Origin: Mustelus asterias
Taxonomy: Eukaryota
Length of the DNA stretch: 64,000 nucleotides
Assembly (NCBI RefSeq): GCF_964213995.1
Contig: NW_027590177.1
Location: 434,001-498,000, forward strand
Reading direction: 5' to 3'
The notes under the pieces were generated by a model, which was not told where the DNA came from, made no database searches, and worked only from the letters and a program-made list of their open reading frames with translations. Both the position numbers and the translations under genes were made by a program. Shown here piece by piece: positions 23,435 to 35,977 of the stretch (the stretch's first letter is position 1; the number at the start of each line of letters is the position of its first letter).

Positions 23435-23690
23435 GGCTGCGTCAGCATCTATTGCCCTTGAACTGAGTGGCTTGCATTGCTGGGGGATGTAGTAATTTCC
23501 TTCTTTAAAGGACATTATTAAATTGGATGAATTTTTACAACAATTGTCATCAATGGACTTCTAATTCTAGATTTGTACTGAATTCAAATTTCAACATCTG
23601 GCCATTGTGGGATTCGAACCCAGGGTTCACAGTGCATTGCCCTGGATCCCTGTATTACTAGTCCAATGACACTAATACTGCACCATTGGC
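23435..23690 (-). mobile_element. SacSINE1/DeuSINE-like SINE, decayed
   Basis: tRNA-like head (GGACTAGTAAT...GGGTTCGAATCCCAC) followed by TAATGTCCTTTA.AGAAGGAAAT core; related tail at ~9250-9333. Confidence 0.55.
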
Positions 23691-24207
23691 AAAGGAGCCA
23701 CAATAGCCCGAGATCCATGGAATCAGAGCATGCTCTAAATTTAAATTAATGCTCACCAACACTCACCCCAAAACAATTTCACTGTTTTCAACATTTTAAA
23801 TCTGCTGGAGTCTACATCTGCAAAGATCTCAGAGAGTTTGGTGTCCGGGCAAAATGTTGCAATCTTCAAATCTTCGCCCTGTAAATGAGGAAAGTTATAG
23901 GTGTAATTCAAGGTTTGTAATTCAGGACAAACATTTCTTTTGGTCTGAGTTTGCTGTGAGTAAATCCTCCCCTTCTAACCCCCTGTAAAAGGAGTTTCCA
24001 AAATCCATCAGCATTTGTCCAGAACAGAAATTCAAAACATTCTCTCCTATTGCTTGCACAGAATTACTTTAGTGGGACAAAATTGCAGTGGAGGCAGTTC
24101 AGAGAAGATCCAGTTGGTTGATTCCTTTCAGGTTGAGCAGTTTGGGCCTGTACTCTTTGGAGTTTAGAAGACTGAGAAATAATCTTATTGAAACATCTGG
24201 GAATTTA

Positions 24208-24525
24208 AGGGTGGCATCGTGGTTAGCACTGCTGCCTCACAGCACCAGGGTCCCAGGTTCAATTCCGGCCTTGGGTCACTGTCTTTGTGGAGTTTGCACA
24301 TTTTCCCCATGTCTGTGTGAGTTTCTTCCGGGTGCTCCGGTTTCCTCCCACAGTCCAAAGATGTACGGGTTAGGTGGACTGGCCATGCTAAATTGACCCT
24401 CGTGTCAGGGGGATTAGCAGTGTAAAAGCAGGGGGTTGTGGGGATGGGGCCTGGGTGGGATTGTGGTGGATACAGACTTGATGGGCTGAATGGCCTCCTT
24501 CTGCACTGTAGGGATTCTATGATTC
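24208..24525 (+). mobile_element. HE1-type SINE inside a CR1 fragment
   Basis: Same head/core/tail as the 21631 copy. Confidence 0.85.
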
Positions 24526-24761
24526 ATATGATATAAGGTGCTTGACAACGTAGATGCTGAGAGGATGCTTCCTTTGGTGTGGGAATCAAGAAAAAATAAA
24601 GGATTTAAGGTTAAGATGGAGAGATCTTTTTTCTCAGTGGCCTGTTGATCTTTGGAACTCTGTTTTCACCAGAGAGGATTGGAGGCAGGTCATTGAATAT
24701 ATTCAAAGCTGAGGTTCTGAACCACAAGAAACTCATGGGTATGGATGGGGTGGGGGTAGCA

Positions 24762-26521
24762 AAGTCATAGAGATTTACAGCATGGAAAACGGCCCTTTGG
24801 CCCAACTTGTCCATGCCACCTTTTTTTAAAACCCCTAAACTGGTCCCAATTGCCCACATTTGGCCCATATCCCTCTCTACCCATCGTACCCATGTAACTA
24901 TCTAAATGCTTTTTAAAAGACAAAATTGTACCTGCTTCTACTACTACCTCTGGCAGCTTGTTCCAGACACTCACCACGCTATCGAATTACAATGGGATCT
25001 TGATCAATTGGACCAGTGGGCTGACGAATGGCAAATGGAGTTTAATTTAGACAAATGCGAGGTGATGCATTTTGGTAGATTGAACCAGGGCAGGACTTAC
25101 TCAGTTAATGATAGGGAGTTGGGTAGAGTTACAGAACAAAGAGATCTAGGGGTACATGTTCATAGCTCCTTGAAAGTGGAGTCACACGTGGACAGACTGG
25201 TGAAGGCGGCATTCAACATGCTTGGTTTCATCGGTCAGAACATTGAATACAGGTGTATTCAAGACTGGGACGTCTTGTTGAAGTTGTACAAGACATTGGT
25301 AAGGCCACACTTGGAATACTGTGTGCAATTCTGGTCACCCTATTATAGAAAGGATATTATCAAACTAGAAAGAGTGCAGAAAAGATTTACGAGGATGCTA
25401 CCGGGACTTGATGGATTGAATTATAAGGAGAGGCTGGATAGACTGGGACTTTTCTCTGGAGCATAGGAAGCTGAGGGGTGATCTTTTAGAGGTCTATAAA
25501 ATAATGAGGGACATAGATCAGCTGGTCAATATCTTTTCCCAAAGGTAGGGGAGTCTAAAACTAGAGGGCATAGGTTTAAGTTGAGAGGGGAGAGATACAA
25601 AAGTGTCCAGAGGGACATTTTTTTCACACAGAGGGTGATGAGTGTCTGGAACAAGCTGCCAGAGGTAGTAGAAGAGGTGTGTACAATTTTGTCTTTTAAA
25701 AAGCATTTAGACAGTTACTTGGGTACGATGGGTATAGAGGGATATGGGACAAATGCGGGCAATTGGGATTTTAATATAAAGACGGCATGGACAAGGAGGG
25801 CCGAAGGGCCTGTTTCCATGCTGTAGACTTCTCTGACTCTATGACTCTCTGTGTGAACAAATTGCTCCTCTGGGTACTTTCGTATCGCTCCCCTCTCACC
25901 TTAAACCCTTGCCCTCTAGTTTTAGACTGCCCCACCTTTGGGAAAAGCTATTGACTATCTAGCTGATCTGTGCCCCTCATTATTTTATAGACCTCTATAA
26001 GATCACCCCTCAGCCTCCTACGCTCCAGAGAAAAGTCCCTGTCTATCCTACCTCTCCTTATAACTCAAACCATCAAATCCCGGTAGCATCCTAATAAATC
26101 TTTTCTGCACTCTTTCTAGTTTAATAATATCCTTTCTATAATAGGGTGACCAAAGAACAATACAGCACAGGAACAGACCCTTCGGCCCTCCAAGCCCGTG
26201 CCACTCCCTGGTCCAAACTAGACCATTCTTTTGTATCCCTCCATTCCCACTCCGTTCATGTGGCTATCTAGATAAGTCTGAAATGTTCCCAGTGTGTCCG
26301 CCTCCACCACCTTGCCCGGCATTGCTCCTCTGGGCACTTTTGTATCTCTCCCCTCTCACCTTAAACCCTTGCCCTCTAGTTTTAGACTGCCCCACCTTTG
26401 GGAAAAGATATTTACTATCTCGCTGATCTGTGCCCCTCATTATTTTATAGACCTCTATAAGCTCACCCCTCAGCCTCCTACGCTCCAGAGAAAAAAGTCC
26501 CAGTCTATCCAGCCTCTCCAA
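24762..26521. mobile_element. Composite of CR1 family W copies in opposite orientation plus a family Z fragment
   Basis: W(-) 24762-24977 resumes at 25847; W(+) 24980-25846 lies between; Z(-) tail 26152-26320; duplicated W(-) 26321-26521. Confidence 0.8.
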
Positions 26522-26619
26522 AGTAGACATGATCTTATTGAATGATGCAGCAGGCTCGATGGGCCGAATGACTGGCTCCTTTTCCGAATTCTTATGTTCT
26601 TATTCCGATGTTCTTGGAT

Positions 26620-27065
26620 AGCTGCGCATGCGCCCTGCTACCTATTGTCCCTCTGAAGGTAGAAGTTCTGAACCAGCCCCTGAAACCACGCCCATTGTGA
26701 CCCGCCACCGACGGCAGCGCATGCGCTCTCCTTCCCCGCTGAAACAAGATGGCGACCGAAAACCGGAGCCTGTTCGCGGGAAAAAACCCCGGGAGCTGCA
26801 AACCCGGAACCGGCATGGTCTTATTCAGGCCTTGCAACCTGGCGCGGGCATTTCTGAAGCCTCCGCTCCCTCCCCACCCCGACTCCATTCCTCCCTCCGC
26901 CATACTGACTCTCACCCGCTGGAAAAAGCGTCCCCTGCACTCGCAGGGCTCCGAGCAAAGTGGCACTGCGCACACTCCAGATTCAGCACTGCGCCTGCGC
27001 AATAGGCTCCTGTGGAATGAAGAGGACACTTTCCCACCCGCAGGCGTGCTTGGGAATTAACGGCG
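26620..27065. promoter_or_regulatory. CpG-island promoter-like region
   Basis: CpG-rich; GCGCATGCGC (NRF1) at ~26625 and ~26717; CAAGATGGCG (YY1) at ~26745; candidate minus-strand donor G|GTGAGA at 26915. Confidence 0.6.
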
Positions 27066-27632
27066 CCATTGTCAAAGACATAATAGAAAACTATCTGGTG
27101 CAATTGAGATGAATTAATTTTTTTAATACATTCCTCTGAATTTGTGATTAATTGGCCTGTGTACTAAGCAGATATTAATGTTCCACTTAAAATTAAAAGA
27201 GAAGGTGCAGGAAAAACGCAGCAGGATTGAGAGAGAACCCACAGAGGCAAGTTATGAATAGAGTTCAGACTGAAACAACAATAAAAAAACCCACACGGGG
27301 GACCAGGAACTGAGTTCTGCATCCAACAGACAGCCTGATTTAAGCCAGCTCCTAACTGTGTTTCTAAAGTCGAACCTATAAAACAGTAACACAGAAACAA
27401 AACTCTGTAGAGATTGTTTCTGGGACAAAGAAAATAAATACTGGAGATATTCATCAGGCCAGACAGCCTGTGAGAGTCACAAACAGAATTGAGGGTTCAG
27501 GTTGCTGACCTGCCCTCAGTCTGCAATTAAACATTTAGAGTTAGTCACTGACTAATGGCGGTCACAATTCCCACAATGCTCGGCGCCTCAGAAACCCCTC
27601 CATTCAAAAGTTGTTCGCCAGAATTCACTAAT

Positions 27633-28468
27633 CATAGAATCCTTACAGTGCAGAAAGAGGCCATTCGATCCATCGAGTCTGTACTGCAACGGCAACAATA
27701 TATTCTGCACCCTACTCTTTTCCTTTCCCCCTATGTACTCTATCAATTTACTTTTTTTCTGTATAGCACGCAGGAAATAATACTTTTCACTGTATCCCAG
27801 AACATGCGACAATAATAAATCAAAGTAGACACTACATATCTTGGACACCAAGGGACAAATTTACCTAACCTGCACATCTTTGGGCTATGAGAGAAAAAAC
27901 GGAGCACCCAGAGGAAATGCACACAGACAGAGGAAGATTGTGCAAACTCCACACATGAGGTGGAGATGCCAACGCTGAACTGGGGTAAGCACAATAAGAA
28001 GCCTCACAACACAAGGTTAAAGACCAACAGGTTTATTTGGAACCACAAGCTTTCAGAGCGCTGATGAAGGAGCAGTGCTCTGAAAGCTCGTGATTCCAAA
28101 TAACCAAAAGAGAAAATGCTGGAAAATCTCAGCATGTTTGGCAACATCTGTAAGGACAGAAAAGAGCTGACATTTCGAGACCAGATGACTCTTTGTCAAA
28201 GCTTTGACAAAGGGGCATGTGGATTCGAAGCATCAGTTCTTTTCTCTCCTGACAGATCCTGCCATATCTGCTGAGATTTTCCAGCAATTTCTCTTTTGGT
28301 CTCAAATTCCAGCATCCGCAGTAATTTGCTTTAATTCCAAATAAACCTATTGGACTTTAACCTGGTGTTATGAGACTTCTTCCTGAGCAAACTCCACAGA
28401 GACAGTCACCCACCGCTGGAATCGAACCCAGACTCAATGAGGCAGCAGTGCGAACCACTGTGCCACAG
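27633..28468. mobile_element. Nested repeat stack: HE1 SINE(-) interrupted by a LINE tail and by Penelope-derived palindromes
   Basis: SINE pieces 27633-27684, 27830-27953, 28387-28468; GCAAACTCCACA duplicated at 27942-27953 and 28387-28398; inverted ends 27995-28043 and 28335-28381. Confidence 0.75.
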
Positions 28469-30189
28469 TGAAGGTAGTTTGCCGCAAATTTGGGGTGATA
28501 ACAATGGGCTGGATGTTGCTCAGAATGTGGAGCACTGCAGCAAAGTACAGAGAGACAGAGACAGAGCAGCAAACTGGACTGAGAAATGGAGTCTGCAGAC
28601 TGGAACTGGCAGCATGAGGAGAGGTTATTTAGTCTAACACTCACAGCAATCTACAACCCACCCCCATTACCGAGACAGTGAGACAGAGATTACAAACACT
28701 CACCAACACAGCTCCACTGAAACGTCCCAGGAAAAAGGGGGAATCTGTGGCAGTTCCTGTCCTGATATAGCCCCAGGACTGTCACTCAAACCCCCAACCC
28801 GGCCCAGTTTACAGCTCAGCCTCTCAGCTTGCAGCTTCCTGCACCTTGAGCCAACCCTATCCAGGTGTGGGAGGGATGTGGAACCCCAGAGTGGGGGGAG
28901 GGGTGACCTCCTGCTGTGCCCCAAATAGTTTCTCCTTCCCCTCCCCCTTGGCGCTCTAAGGTCTGAATGTGGATGTGTTGATGGACATTGCAGAGCCTCA
29001 CTGATATGTGCCTGTACCTTATCCTGGGTCACCCCCTCCCCCTGGGTTCAGTGTGTTCAGTTCCCTGCTTCTTTCCCTGCTGAACCTTCAGTTAATCAAA
29101 AACAGAAAGTGCTGGAAAACCTCAGCAGGCCTGACAGCATCTGTGATCATCCAGACTGGAAGCATTAACTCTATTCTCTCCACAGACGCTGAGATTTCCA
29201 GCATTTTCTGTTTCTGTTTCAGATTCCAGCACCCGCAGTATTTTGCTTTTATCTTCATTTAAACAAGCATTCTTTGACGGCCTTTACCCTCCGTGCTCCT
29301 TTCCAGAGCTTCCCACCTTCTGCTATTGTCCCTGACTCCCACATTAACTCTGTCATTCCTCCCCTTTACCCCGCTCACCCTGTCTAAAGTCAGGCTCAGA
29401 GTTTTACCGCCATCTCCCCCTCCCCCAGCCTCCACATCCCAACACCCGGAATCTCTAACCCAGCGGTTCCAGTTTGTCTGGTTTGAGTTCAGATTTGCCG
29501 CAGCACCGACAGGATTTCACTTCAAACCAGCCGGAACTGACTGCTCACAAATCCCAAAATGTTTCTCCAGCAGCCCGGGCTTGTTAACGTTGTTTAAAGT
29601 CAGCGCCCAAATGCAGTTACTCTCCTCAGTTTAAAAAACTTCTCCGTTTAATCTAAGGTATTATTCACACCAGACACAAATATAAAATTGTGACCGTTAC
29701 CCCCCCCCCCCTCCCCCACCCGGCCACCCAGACCCGAGCTGGGGTGTCCTGAGTAAGAGACATCTGTTCCAGGTGTGACAATTCTTACACATTGTCTGGT
29801 TGACATCAAACGGAAAACGCTGGAAATATTCATGAATGAAAGCAAATTGCTGCTTTTGTCAAAGGGGTCACCTGGACTCGAAACCTCAGCTCTTTCTGTC
29901 TCCTGCCAGACCTGCTGAGATTTTCCAGCGTTTTCTCTTTTGGCTGGAAATACTCAACAAGTCAGGCAGCCTCTGTGGAGAGAGAAACAGACTGAATGTG
30001 ACCTGTCATCGGAACTGGGAAATATATTATTATTTCTCGCACCTAAAAGAGACACTTTACAGCCTTCAGAACAAAACTGAGTCCAACAATTTTACACCAC
30101 AATCTCTGCCCCCATTGTGTTCTGTGTTTCGTTGCTGCTTTTTTCACCTCATTTCCCTCTTGTTTACTTTACATTCAGACTATCGCTCA

Positions 30190-30475
30190 CCGGCGATTCA
30201 CACCTCATCCAGAACATCTTTTGTGTCTTTACTTGTCCCATTACCACTCGCTTTGGTCTTGGGCCGTGAAACATTTTGTCAGTTTGCAGATCTTTCATTT
30301 TGTCTCCTCCACCTCCCTCTCTCAATTCTTCAGAGATCAGTCTTTGACAAAGGGTCATCTGGACTCGAAACGTCAGCACTTTTCTCTCCTGACAGATGCT
30401 GCCAGACCTGCTGAGATTTTCCAGCATTTTCTCTTTTGGTTTCAGATTCCACCATTCACTGTAATTTGCTTTTAT
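30190..30475 (+). mobile_element. Penelope-like terminal repeat with degenerate hammerhead motif
   Basis: TTGACAAAGGGTCATCTGGACTCGAAACGTCAGC at ~30343-30377 followed by CAGATGCTGCCAGACCTGCTGAG end sequence. Confidence 0.55.
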
Positions 30476-30655
30476 CCTGATTTTCCCTGTGTGGCTCTGG
30501 AGAGCGCTTGAGACGTTAGGGACAGAGAAAACGAGATTTTTCACTCTCTCTCAGAGGGCCTTTGGTCTGTGGAATTCTCTTCCCTAGAGAGCAGTGGAGG
30601 CAGAGTCAATGAATATTTTTAAGGCTGAATAAATGGATTCTTGATTGACAAGAGA

Positions 30656-31036
30656 GGGGCGGCACGGTAGCCCAGTGGTTAGCACTGCTGCTTCACAGCT
30701 CCAGGGACCTGGGTTCGATTCCCGGCTTGGGTCACTGTCTGTGTGGAGTTTGCACATTCTCCTTGTGTCTGCGTGGGTTTCCTCTGGGTGCTCCGGTTTC
30801 CACCCACAGTCCAAAGATGTGCGGGTTAGGTTGATTGGCCAGGTTAAAAATTGCCCCTTAGAGTTCTGAGATGCGTAGGTTAGAGGGATTAGTGGGTAAA
30901 TATGTGGGGGTAGGGCCTGGGTGGGATTGTGGTCGGTGCAGACTCGATGGGCCGAATGGCCTTCTTCTGCTCTGTAGGGTTTCTATGATTTCTATAGGGC
31001 GGCACGGTAGCACAGTGGTTAGCACTGCTGCTTCAC
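30656..31036 (+). mobile_element. Full-length HE1-type SINE plus tandem 40-bp head duplication
   Basis: Near-identical to 21631-21972; second head starts at 30997. Confidence 0.88.
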
Positions 31037-33253
31037 TGAGATCAAGGTTGATAATCTACCTCAACCCCACCTCCCCCCACTGTCCCCATATCGCTTAACT
31101 TCTCTTTGTACCCAAATATTTATCAATCTTTGTCTTAATTACACCCAATGCCGAGCATCCACTGCTCCCTGGGGTAGAGAATTCCAGGAATTCACAACTG
31201 AGTGAAGAATTTTCTCCTCAATTCAATCACAATGATTGACCCCTTATTCTGAGACTGTGACCCAGTGTTCCAGGTTCCGCAGTCAGGGGAAACATTTTCA
31301 CACCATCGAACCTCTCAGGCCCATGAAGAATCATATACTCTGATCAGATCACCTCTCATTTTTCTCACCACCATTAATTTGATCCTAGTCTGATTTTATT
31401 GGTAAAAGCAAAATACTGTGGATGCTGGGATCAGAAACAAAAATAGGAAATGCTGGAAAATCTCAGCAGGTCCGACAGCATCTGTGGGGAGAGAACAGAG
31501 CCAACATGTCGAGTCTGGATGACTGTCTGTCAGAGCTGACAAAGGGTCATCCAGACTTGAAACATTGGCTCGATTCTCTCTCCACAGATGCTATCAGACC
31601 TGCTGAGATTTTCCAGCATTTTCTGTTGTTGATTTTATGAGTACCCTGTTAACAAGTCCCTAACAATAAGATTTCTAATATTTCACCCACAACCGATGTT
31701 AACTGGTCTATATTCCCCATTTTCTCTCCTACTTTCTGGACTAGTGAGGTTAATGGTTGCTGACTTCCGATCCTTGGGAACTGTTCTAGGGTTTAAGGAA
31801 TTCTGGAAGATCAAACTAATGCATCCACTATTTCTGAAGCTCCCTCTTTTAAACCCCCAAGATGCAGGTTGTCTGGTCCAGGGAATTTGTCACCATTTAG
31901 TCCCATTAATTTCTCCAGTCTCTATTTCTATAAGACCCTCATTCTTATTGGACAAGGGACTGTGTAACCGGTCTCCAAATCCACCACAGCTTTGGACTTG
32001 TGCAGCTCCCACCATTGATCAATCAAACCCATTTTAATGGGAATTAAATGGCTAGTTTCATTTTAAAAAACTTTTATTCACATTGCACTTGTCAGAAAGG
32101 ATCATTTAATTAACAACTTTTCTGTAAAGTTCCATAAAATGAGGTTGGAACATGTCTGTCTAGTTTTTCATTATTATTGACATTTGATGAACAGCATTAC
32201 AACTCAATATTGTATTGGTGACTAATGTTTAAAAATGGCTCTTCCTTGTATTAAAGTTCCCGCCCCCTTGCACTAACCCCTTGGTTCCCCATTATTAGAA
32301 TTTTTCTTTTGTCTTCTACCGTGAAGACAGATAGATACAAAGTATTTGTTGCATTTCTCCGCCATTTCCTTGTTCCCCATTATATGTTGACTTTTATCTG
32401 CCTCTCATAGAGAATGTTTACTTTCACTCGCTTCTTCCTATCCACATACCTACAGAAACATTTAAAAATCTACTTTCTAAACTCTTACTGGTCTGCACCC
32501 AAAAAGGGAATTGAGCTCAGAAGCGATTTTAAAACAGTTTATTGAGAAGCAACAGTTAAAACAAGATGTGTGAGTTAAATAGATAGGAAAAGCACCTGAC
32601 CTGTGACAGGTGAGAGAGATTTACAGATCCCAGAGGACAAGCAGACGGATGAAGCCAAGTGAATGCTGATGTCCATAACTGGTGCCTATGGAAGGTTCAC
32701 TTCAATGAGCCTGATTGTGGGTGTTGGGGAGAAGCCAGTCAATTTGAAATCTCCTTGCTCTTGAGGGCCTGTTTTAACCTTTACATGGAGTTAGTTACTA
32801 TAAGAGCCAATGGTATGAAGGTTAAAAATGTCCTGCCTCAGGGCCTGTGCTAGAGACAGGTCCTTGGCAGGGAGAAAGGCTTGTCCTGTGTTTGTCAGCC
32901 AGCAAGCTTTCTTCCGAAGACAGAGGGAAAGCTCTTTCTATAATATTCCATCAGTATCCAAAGATTTTATAAGGCTATTAGATGGTGATTTCTTACAATC
33001 TGTTACTTGGATTTGACTTTTCTCCATTCCTGTGCTGAGGGGATTTCTGTACCAGACGGGATGGGTGATATTTGGAGACTCTCGATTCTCCACCAATTCC
33101 CATTCCCCTTCTTTCTGGGGGATACTGGAGGTGTCACTGTGTGTAGGTCAGTAAGAATTCTCAGCAAGGATTAATCAGCACTTTCTAATTGGAGATGTTC
33201 ATCAGTGGAACCTCTCAGACACTGAATTGTAGAATTCGGGCCAAAGATCAATA

Positions 33254-33555
33254 GGACGGCAGAGTGGTTCGCACTGCTGCCTCACAGCGCCAGGACCCGG
33301 GTTCGATTCCTGATTTAGGTCACTATCTGTGCGGACTCTGCACATTCTCCCCGTGTCTGCATGGGTTTCCTCCAGGTGCTCTGGTTTCCTCACAGTCCGA
33401 AAGATGTGCTGGTTAGGTGCATTGGCCATGCTGAATTCTCCCTCAGTGTAACCCGGACAGGCGACTAGTGTGGCGACTAGGGGATTTTCACAGTAACTTC
33501 ATTGCAGTGTTAATGTAAGCCTACTTGTGACACTAATAAATAAACTTAACTTAAA
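33254..33555 (+). mobile_element. V-SINE with alternative tail (CTTGTGACACTAATAAATAAACTT)
   Basis: HE1-like head/core with a different 3' tail; same type at 35978-36244(-), 36459-36765(-), tail only at ~49598-49672. Confidence 0.8.
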
Positions 33556-33780
33556 CAATTTAAGATTGAAGTAAAAGTTCTGAATCTTGTTGTGAACTAA
33601 TTTCAGATGGACCGCGGTAACTGCAGCCCCAGGAGCACAATCACCTCTAGATCCAGAGTATTAAACTCCAGCCCAGTTACCGGCTGTATTAACATCAGCA
33701 GAAACAAACTCCAGCTGTCAGAATGAAAGGCCCTGGGTGTCATTAACAGCAGCAATAACAGCAGAATCCAATCCCTGCCC

Positions 33781-34482
33781 TCACTGGTGAACTCGCTGGT
33801 GTTTCAGCAGCTGAGATGAATCAATGAATCCCTTCCCACACTCGGAGCAGGTGAACGGCCTCTCCCCGGTGTGAACACGTTCATGTCTCAGCAGTTGGCA
33901 TGAATCAGTGAATCCCTTCCCACACATGGAGCAGGTGAACGGCCTCTCCCCAGTGTGAGCTCGCTGGTGTACAGTGAGACTGCCTGAGTGTCTGAAACTC
34001 TTTCCACAGTCAGTGAAGCTGAATGGCCTCTCCCCAGTGTGAACTCGCTGGTGTTTCAGCAGGGTGGATGAAAGCCTAAAGCTCATTCCACAGTCAGTGC
34101 AGCTGAATGGTTTCTCCCCGGAGTGAACTCGCTGGTGTGCCACTAGATTAGAGGAATTAATGAATCCCTTCCCACACACGGAGCAGGTGAACGGCCTCTC
34201 CCCAGTGTGAACCCGCCAGTGTAACGCTAGATTGTATGACTGAATGAACCTTTTCCCACACACAGAGCAGCTGAACGGCCTCTCCCCAGTGTGAACACGC
34301 TGATGTAATGCTAGGTTGGATGACTGAGTGAAATCCTTCCCACACATGGAGCAGGTGAAGGGTCTCTCCCCAGTGTGGGTGCGTCGATGTGTTTCCAGTT
34401 TGGATGGGCAAGTGAATGCTTTCCCACAGTCCCCACATATCCACGGTTTCTCCGTGGTGTCAGTGTCATCATGTCTCTCCAT
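33781..34482 (-). CDS. C2H2 zinc-finger protein gene E (233 aa, 8 fingers, 6th with Cys>Phe)
   Basis: First in-frame ATG at 34482 ([14 protein letters not shown]); family ATG mutated to ACG; acceptor TTTTTACAG|GTGTT at 34817/34816. Confidence 0.85.
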   Translation of the reverse strand: MERHDDTDTTEKPWICGDCGKAFTCPSKLETHRRTHTGERPFTCSMCGKDFTQSSNLALHQRVHTGERPFSCSVCGKRFIQSYNLALHWRVHTGERPFTCSVCGKGFINSSNLVAHQRVHSGEKPFSCTDCGMSFRLSSTLLKHQRVHTGERPFSFTDCGKSFRHSGSLTVHQRAHTGERPFTCSMCGKGFTDSCQLLRHERVHTGERPFTCSECGKGFIDSSQLLKHQRVHQ

Positions 34483-35269
34483 GTTGATGATCAGTTGAAG
34501 CTTCGTCCACACACACAACACGTGTACAGTTTCTCCTCACTGTGAATGGTGATGTTTTTTCAGGCTGTGTCACTGGTTAAAGCTCTTTCCACAGTCAGTT
34601 CACTGGAACACTCTCACTCGGGTGTGCGTGTGTCTCGGTGATTTTCCAGTCACACTGATGTTTGAAATCTTTTCCCACTGACAGAACAAACAAACATTTC
34701 TCCTTCCACTTTCCAAGTCCGATGATATCCAGGTCCTAATGAATCGAGTGATTCTGTCAGATCTTGATGTGATGTCTGGTTTGAGATTCCCGTCTGCAAT
34801 CCTCAACTTCTAACACCTGTAAAAACCGTCAATAAAAATCATCACTGACTGTCCAGGATAGAAATTCTGAACAGACAATTCTAGTTTCTCTGGAATTTTT
34901 TCCTCTCGAACCCCCAAAGTTGCAGATCCCCATCCCACACAATCTCCCTCCTCCCTGAACTGAAATCCAAATAAATTGACAGATAATCATTTCAGTATCC
35001 TTTTAAAAAATGTGTACAACTAGAGATAGTATTTTTGATGATTCACTTCATTCATAACACATGAGAAAACATTAATCTGAATCACCCTGACCCGATCAGT
35101 CAGAATAGCAGATGTTAACTTTGTGTCCAGAACTGACTGTTTAGAGATTTGATGAGAAATTGTGAAGGGGGTTTCTCCAAACCTCCCTCTCTAACTAAGT
35201 TAAACCTGGTATCAGTGTCAGGGCCCATTCTGCTTTCTGGTTCTCTTCCTGCTGACTAATTAACCTCAA

Positions 35270-35975
35270 TTAAATATCAAGAATACTGAAGCCACTGCTT
35301 TTGGTCCCCCTTCCAAGTCTTGTTCCTTTGCAATCCACTCAATCCCTCTTCCTGGCAAATATCTGAAATTAAGCCAGTTTGTTCATAACCTCGGTGTCCC
35401 ATTTGATCCCAAGTTTCTGGGACTGCCTATTTCCACCTCGGTAACATCACATGCCCTCAACTCTGCCTCAGTGCATCTGCTACTCAAACCTTCATTCAGG
35501 CCATTGTTACTTCCAAACTCAACTATTCCATTGCACTTGACGTTTTACCCGTGGAAATGTGAAGTCATCCAAAAGTCTGCTACTCCTTTCCTAATTAACA
35601 GCAAGTCCCTGATCACCCCTGTCCTCCATGACTTGCCTTGGCTCCCAGTCATGCAACACCTTGATTGTAAAATTCTCATCTTTGTTTTCAAATCGTTCCA
35701 TGGCTTCAGCCCTCCTGATCTCTGTAATCTTCCCACAAACATCCGAGATATCAGTGCTGCTCTTGTACATTCCCTACTGTAATTGCTCCACTACTGGTGG
35801 TCGTGTCTTCAGTTCTTCAGCCCCAGGATCTGAATTCCCACCCTACACCTCTCTGTCTCTACCTCACTTTCCTCCTTTAAGCCTCTTTTAAACTCACCTC
35901 TTTGTCCAAGTTTTTGGTCATCTGTCCTAATATCTCCTGATGTATCTGGGAATCTCACTTTGTTTTATAATGTTC
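35270..35975 (+). mobile_element. Decayed L2 LINE 3' region
   Basis: ITPVLHDLPWLPV...KILIFVFKS.HG motif typical of the L2 ORF2 C-terminus. Confidence 0.7.
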
Positions 35976-35977
35976 CT

